Positions 40,728 to 45,399 of a stretch of DNA of 45,399 bases are shown here, piece after piece. The stretch covers positions 1-45,399 of the forward strand of contig CAWBKP010000023.1 of the NCBI GenBank assembly GCA_963789395.1, given 5' to 3'. Below the pieces are notes generated by a model that made no database searches, had not been told where the DNA came from, and was given only the letters and a program-made list of their open reading frames with translations. Source of the DNA: an uncultured delta proteobacterium. Its GTDB lineage: Bacteria > Desulfobacterota > Desulfobacteria > Desulfobacterales > Desulfatirhabdiaceae. A program made the translations under genes and the position numbers. Every line of letters starts with the position of its first letter. Within the stretch, counting starts at the first letter, position 1.

Positions 40728-41633
40728 TTGCCTATGCTGACCTATATTAAACTCATACTGACCGCCGTGTTCTGGGGCGGAACATTTATTGCCGGAAGGG
40801 TCGTTGCAAAGGATGTACTGCCCTTTTCAGCATCTTTTTTGCGGTTTGCCATCGCCTCCGTGTTTCTGGTTCTGATTACCTGGAGGGTGGAAGGGAAACT
40901 GCCCAGAATTGAGCGGTCCCTGATTTTACCGATTTTTCTGTTGGGACTGACCGGAGTCTTTGCCTACAACGCCTTCTTTTTCAAAGGACTTCAGTCCATT
41001 GATGCAGGACGCGCAGCCCTGATCATTGCATTAAATCCGGTAATGATCTCTTTTTTTTCCGCCATCCTGTTCAAGGAAGAACTGACACCGGTAAAAATCG
41101 TCGGCATTCTGTTGTCCGTTATCGGCGCGATGACCGTTATCTCCCGGGGCAACCCCCTTCATCTCTTTCAGGGCCGCGTCGGGTGGGGAGAGCTGAATAT
41201 TTTCGGCTGCGTGTTAAGCTGGGTTTCCTTTTCCCTGATCGGCAAATCCGTCCTGGATAAAATTTCACCGCTGATATCGATCTGCTATTCATCCCTTGCC
41301 GGAACAGCGTTGCTACTGATTCCGGCGCTTCTGGAAGGCATATTGTCTTTTCTTCCGGCATACTCACCCGTCACCTGGCTGGGACTGTTCTATCTGGGAT
41401 TTTTTGGAACGGTTCTGGGGTTCGTGTGGTATTATGAGGGAATAAATAAAATCGGACCGACAAAAGCAGGACTGTTCATCAATGTCGTTCCCCTGTCCGC
41501 GGTCGTTCTGGCTTTTTTTCTGCTGAACGAGCCGTTGACCCTGTCTTTGCTGATCGGTGCCGTTCTGGTCAGCTCCGGCATCTATTTAACCAATTCCGGC
41601 CTTGGAAAACTGAGTGCCCAGGGCAGCCACTGA
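40728..41633 (+). CDS. EamA/DMT family transporter
   Basis: FWGGTFIAGR, two EamA repeats, about 10 TM segments. Confidence 0.92.
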   Translation: MPMLTYIKLILTAVFWGGTFIAGRVVAKDVLPFSASFLRFAIASVFLVLITWRVEGKLPRIERSLILPIFLLGLTGVFAYNAFFFKGLQSIDAGRAALIIALNPVMISFFSAILFKEELTPVKIVGILLSVIGAMTVISRGNPLHLFQGRVGWGELNIFGCVLSWVSFSLIGKSVLDKISPLISICYSSLAGTALLLIPALLEGILSFLPAYSPVTWLGLFYLGFFGTVLGFVWYYEGINKIGPTKAGLFINVVPLSAVVLAFFLLNEPLTLSLLIGAVLVSSGIYLTNSGLGKLSAQGSH

Positions 41634-41757
41634 GCGCCTGCAAATCGCGTCCGGATCGCCCCATGATATTTATTACTTGACAATATGCTGGAAATTCTAT
41701 AAAAATTTAGAGTTTAAGAAAACAATATTTGATAGCTGTTAAGAAAGGAGAAATTCT

Positions 41758-42027
41758 TTGGCAAATCACAAATCCGCATTAAAACGTGCAAGGCAAAATG
41801 AAGATCGCCGGATGAGAAACAAGTCCACCAAAACAAGAGTGAGATCCGTTATAAAAGACATTCGGGCTGCAGCGGCTCAGCCGTCGGGTCAGGATATGAC
41901 GACTGATCTGAATATCGCAAAATCGGTTATTGACAAAGCAGCCAAAAAAGGCTGCCTTCACCCCAATACAGCGGCCCGAAAAATCTCCAGAATGTCCAAA
42001 CTTTTGAATTCAATGGCAACGCTGTAG
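41758..42027 (+). CDS. rpsT: 30S ribosomal protein S20 (TTG start)
   Basis: ANHKSALKRARQ..IDKAAKKG..H.NTAARKISR; AAGGAG SD. Confidence 0.96.
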   Translation: MANHKSALKRARQNEDRRMRNKSTKTRVRSVIKDIRAAAAQPSGQDMTTDLNIAKSVIDKAAKKGCLHPNTAARKISRMSKLLNSMATL

Positions 42028-42058
42028 TCGTTCATCAAAGGGTGTAGATCAATCCTTG

Positions 42059-42105
42059 CGCAACAGGCCCAAAAACGCACATCGGCGCATTTTTGGCCTG
42101 TTGCG
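42059..42105. terminator. Hairpin between convergent rpsT and lptE
   Basis: CGCAACAGGCC..GGCCTGTTGCG. Confidence 0.55.
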
Positions 42106-42111
42106 ATGCCG

Positions 42112-42639
42112 TTAAAAATCATCCGTCAGCCGGTTATAAATTTTTTCCGCCAGCCGTTTTGAAAGAACCCGGATCGCCGCTTCCTTATGCTGCTCGGTCA
42201 GCGTTTTGTCATCAGAAACCCTGTAAGCCTGGTTGCTATTGATTCCGTTTACAGCCCACACGGTTTTTCCTTGTGAATCAACAAGTTTCAGCCTGACCCC
42301 CAGAAACACCCGGCGCTGGGTGGTTTTGGATTGAGAACTGTGCGCAACGGGCGTATCCCGAAGATACTCAATGTTTCCGGATAATATCCCTTCCGCGTCT
42401 TCCTGCCTGCTGAGCACTTCCTGATGCCTCATGATGAATTCATTGATCAAGTCATCGGTGAGATAATTCTCGATACCCACATCAGAGACATTGTTTTGAA
42501 TCATGGAAACATAGATTCGCGTCATGCCGGACGGCAGGCCGCCCGTACCGGAAAAGCGGTATGAACAGCCGGACAGATCCGCCAATGATCCCGCAATAAC
42601 CAGAATGACAAATAATTTATTGAAATCAATATTCATCAT
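42112..42639 (-). CDS. lptE: LPS assembly lipoprotein LptE
   Basis: Lipobox LSGC followed by SYRF; directly downstream of leuS. Confidence 0.8.
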   Translation of the reverse strand: MMNIDFNKLFVILVIAGSLADLSGCSYRFSGTGGLPSGMTRIYVSMIQNNVSDVGIENYLTDDLINEFIMRHQEVLSRQEDAEGILSGNIEYLRDTPVAHSSQSKTTQRRVFLGVRLKLVDSQGKTVWAVNGINSNQAYRVSDDKTLTEQHKEAAIRVLSKRLAEKIYNRLTDDF

Positions 42640-45219
42640 ATCACGATGTTTACCAGCTTTTTTTGAACCACGACGATTTTTCGGATGGGCTTGCCGTCAA
42701 TCATTTTTTGAACCCGCTCATCGGCCAACGCCATCTGTTCAATCAGCTGCATCGTCTGCATCTGCGGCAACGCTGAATTTGCTTCTCAACTTTCCGTTAA
42801 TCTGAACCACAACAAGCAGCATATCCTTTAGCAGCGCTTCCGGACGATGCACCGGCCAGGATGCCCTAAATATACTGGCATTTCCCAGTTCAGACCAGAT
42901 TTCCTCGGCGATATGCGGCGTTACCGGAGAGAGCAGCAAAACAACCGATTCAATGGCGAGCCGAAACAGGCTTGTTGTAGCAGGCGATCTCTCATCAACC
43001 GAAAATCCGTACAGCATGTTGACCAGTTCCATGACTGCGCTGATGGCTGTGTTAAAATGGAATCTGTCCTCGATGTCACTGGTGACTTTATATATCGTCT
43101 GATGAATTTTTTTATACAGATCCCGAAGCTCCGGTTCCAGATCCTCCATAGGTCCATCAAAGGCAGCCACGCCCGGATATATGGCATCCATGCCGCACAA
43201 AGCCGCCAGACCCGATTTAAAAACCGATAACTGCCCTCAACGCCCTGCTCGTTCCACTCCAGACTTCTCTCAGGCGGTGAGGCAAACAAACAGAACAGCC
43301 GGGTCGTATCCGCACCGTATTTTTCCAGCAGGGTATGGGGATCGACGACATTTTTCTTGGATTTGGACATTTTTTCGACCCTGCCGATGGTAACTGCCTG
43401 GTCGCAGCGCTTGCACCGACGCTCTTTGCCTTCGGTGGCTTCATCCGGAAATAAAAATCCATGCGTCGGACAATGCACCGTTTCCTTGCAGACCATTCCC
43501 TGGGTGAGCAGCCGGGTAAACGGCTCTTTGTAAGTGATCAGTCCCATGTCCCGAAGAACGCGCGTATAATACCGGGAATACAGAAGATGCAGAATGGCGT
43601 GTTCCACGCCGCCGATGTACTGATCCACGGGCATCCAGTAATCAACCGCCTTGGGATCGAACATCCCTTCGTGATAGTCCGGACTGCAGTAGCGCTGGAA
43701 ATACCACGAAGATTCCACAAACGTATCCATGGTGTCGGTTTCTCTTCGGGCAGAAGGGCTGGCGCATTTCGGGCAGGGGGTTCTGGCAAAATAGTCAAGC
43801 GTTGGCAGCGGAGAGCGCCCCCCTTCCAGAAGATCGGCATCCTCCGGCAAAACAATGGGAAGGTCGGCCTCGGAAACCGGGACAATGCCGCAGGCATCGC
43901 AGTGAATCATCGGAATGGGCGCTCCCCAGTATCGCTGCCGGGATATGCCCCAGTCGCGAAGCCGGAAGCTGACGGTGCGTTTTCCCAGTCTGATGCATCT
44001 CCAGATAATCCGCAATGGATTCAAGGGCATGGATGTTTTTCAGGCCGTTGAAATCGCCGGAATTGATCATCACACCATCGCCGGCATATGCTTCGGTCAT
44101 TGCCGCCGGATCCAGATCCTCATCCGGCTTTACCACAACAATGATGTCCAGACCATATTTTCTGGCAAAATCAAAGTCGCGCTGATCATGGGCCGGAACC
44201 GACATGACGGCCCCGGTGCCATATCCCATCAAGGCAAAATTGGCGGTATAAACCGGCATTCTTCTGCCGCTGAGCGGATTGATGCACCAGGCGCCGGTGA
44301 ATACGCCTTCTTTTTCATAGGATTCAATGCCCTTGCCGGATCTGTCCTGCATGGATATCCGCTCGACAAATTCATGGACCGGCTGCTCCTGGGTTGTTCC
44401 TTTCGACAATTTCTGAACCATCGGATGCTCGGGCGCCAGACACATGAATGTGGCCCCGAATATCGTGTCCTGGCGGGTGGTAAAAACGACAATCTGCTCG
44501 GATGAATTCTCAACCGCAAAGCGAATTTCAGCGCCAATGCTCTTTCCGATCCAGTTCTTCTGCATGGCGACCACCTTATCCGGCCAGCCGGGAAGCAGAT
44601 CGCAGTGAACCAGAAGATCTTCCGCATAATCCGTAATCCTGAAAAACCACTGGGCCAGTTTTTTCTGGCGAACCGGTTTCCCGCAGCGCCAGCACATTCC
44701 GGCCTCGACCTGTTCATTGGCCAGAACCGTCTGACAGGGCTCGCACCAGTTTACAAAGGATTCTTTCCGATACACCATGTCTTTTTCATACATCTTTAAA
44801 AAAAGCCACTGTTCCCACCGGTAATATTCGGGTCTGCAGGTGGCGATTTCACGATCCCAGTCATAGGAAAATCCCATCTGCTTAAGCTGCCGGCGCATGG
44901 CATCGATATTATCATAAGTCCATCTTGCAGGATGGGTCTGATTGGCGATGGCCGCGTTTTCCGCAGGCATGCCGAATGCGTCCCACCCCATGGGGTGAAG
45001 GACGTTAAACCCCTTCATGTGTTTATATCTGGCCACCACATCGCCGATGGTATAATTTCGAACATGTCCGATATGAATTTTTCCGGATGGATAGGGAAAC
45101 ATTTCAAGCAGATAATATTTCTCCTTTTCGGGATCATCCGAAACCTTATAAATTTTTGCGTCTTCCCAGAATTTCTGCCATTTGGATTCAATAACATCGG
45201 GCGTATAGCGCTCTTCCAT
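42636..45219 (-). CDS. leuS: Leucine-tRNA ligase (frameshifts near 43985, 43205 and 42750)
   Basis: [52 protein letters not shown], and KLVNIVI at the C-terminus. Confidence 0.97.
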
Positions 45220-45399
45220 TGTTCGTCCATTCCTTCAGGTTATGGTGTAATAATTTAAATATCATGCCATACCCCCCCGGAAATATCAAGGTATTGTATG
45301 TCCGTTCGAGTAAAAAGAGCAGTCAAAATGAGCGGTTAGAATGAAAGCCGGCGGGTGTATGGATAGCTGCCAAAGCAAAACGAGAAGTTGCCGGACCCA

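Noticed and set aside
34..45219. Many split genes (hydrolase, Fe-S flavoprotein, GNAT, etfB, fadD, transketolase, recJ, leuS) suggesting pseudogenisation or programmed frameshifting
   Set aside because: The breaks are single-base indels, often in homopolymers, and hit essential leuS three times, which points to sequencing error.
1..45399. CRISPR array, tRNA or rRNA genes
   Set aside because: No regularly spaced repeats or recognisable structural RNA genes were seen.

Overview
Bacterial chromosomal window. Gene content and repeat families suggest a sulfate-reducing or syntrophic Desulfobacterales-type deltaproteobacterium (inference). Many genes, including essential leuS, are split by single-base indels, mostly in homopolymers, so these are treated as long-read assembly errors. 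In order: (1) an alpha/beta hydrolase; (2) a minus-strand operon with two unannotated small ORFs, a formate/nitrite-type channel, a TAT-less PsrA/PhsA-like Mo/W-bisPGD catalytic subunit, and a DmsB-like Fe-S subunit with a GltD-like flavoprotein inserted inside it; (3) a decaying chromosomal integron with an intI 5' remnant, an attI-like site and 3-4 cassettes with attC sites; (4) a fatty-acid oxidation module (etfAB, ETF:quinone oxidoreductase, fadD, acyl-CoA dehydrogenase, TetR/FadR) with Bacillus-type FadR boxes; (5) housekeeping genes (transketolase, coaE, ndk/trmJ, SPFH/NfeD); (6) an archaeal-entry shikimate operon (aroA', aroB', pheA, aroE, aroA, aroK, aroC) preceded by a Tyr/Phe-rich leader peptide and a complete attenuator; (7) citE-like lyase, fabH, DUF151 nuclease, miaB, recJ, RNase Z-like, EamA, rpsT, lptE and leuS. 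Several MITE/REP-like palindromic repeats are scattered between genes. All calls come from reading the sequence; no database searches were run.
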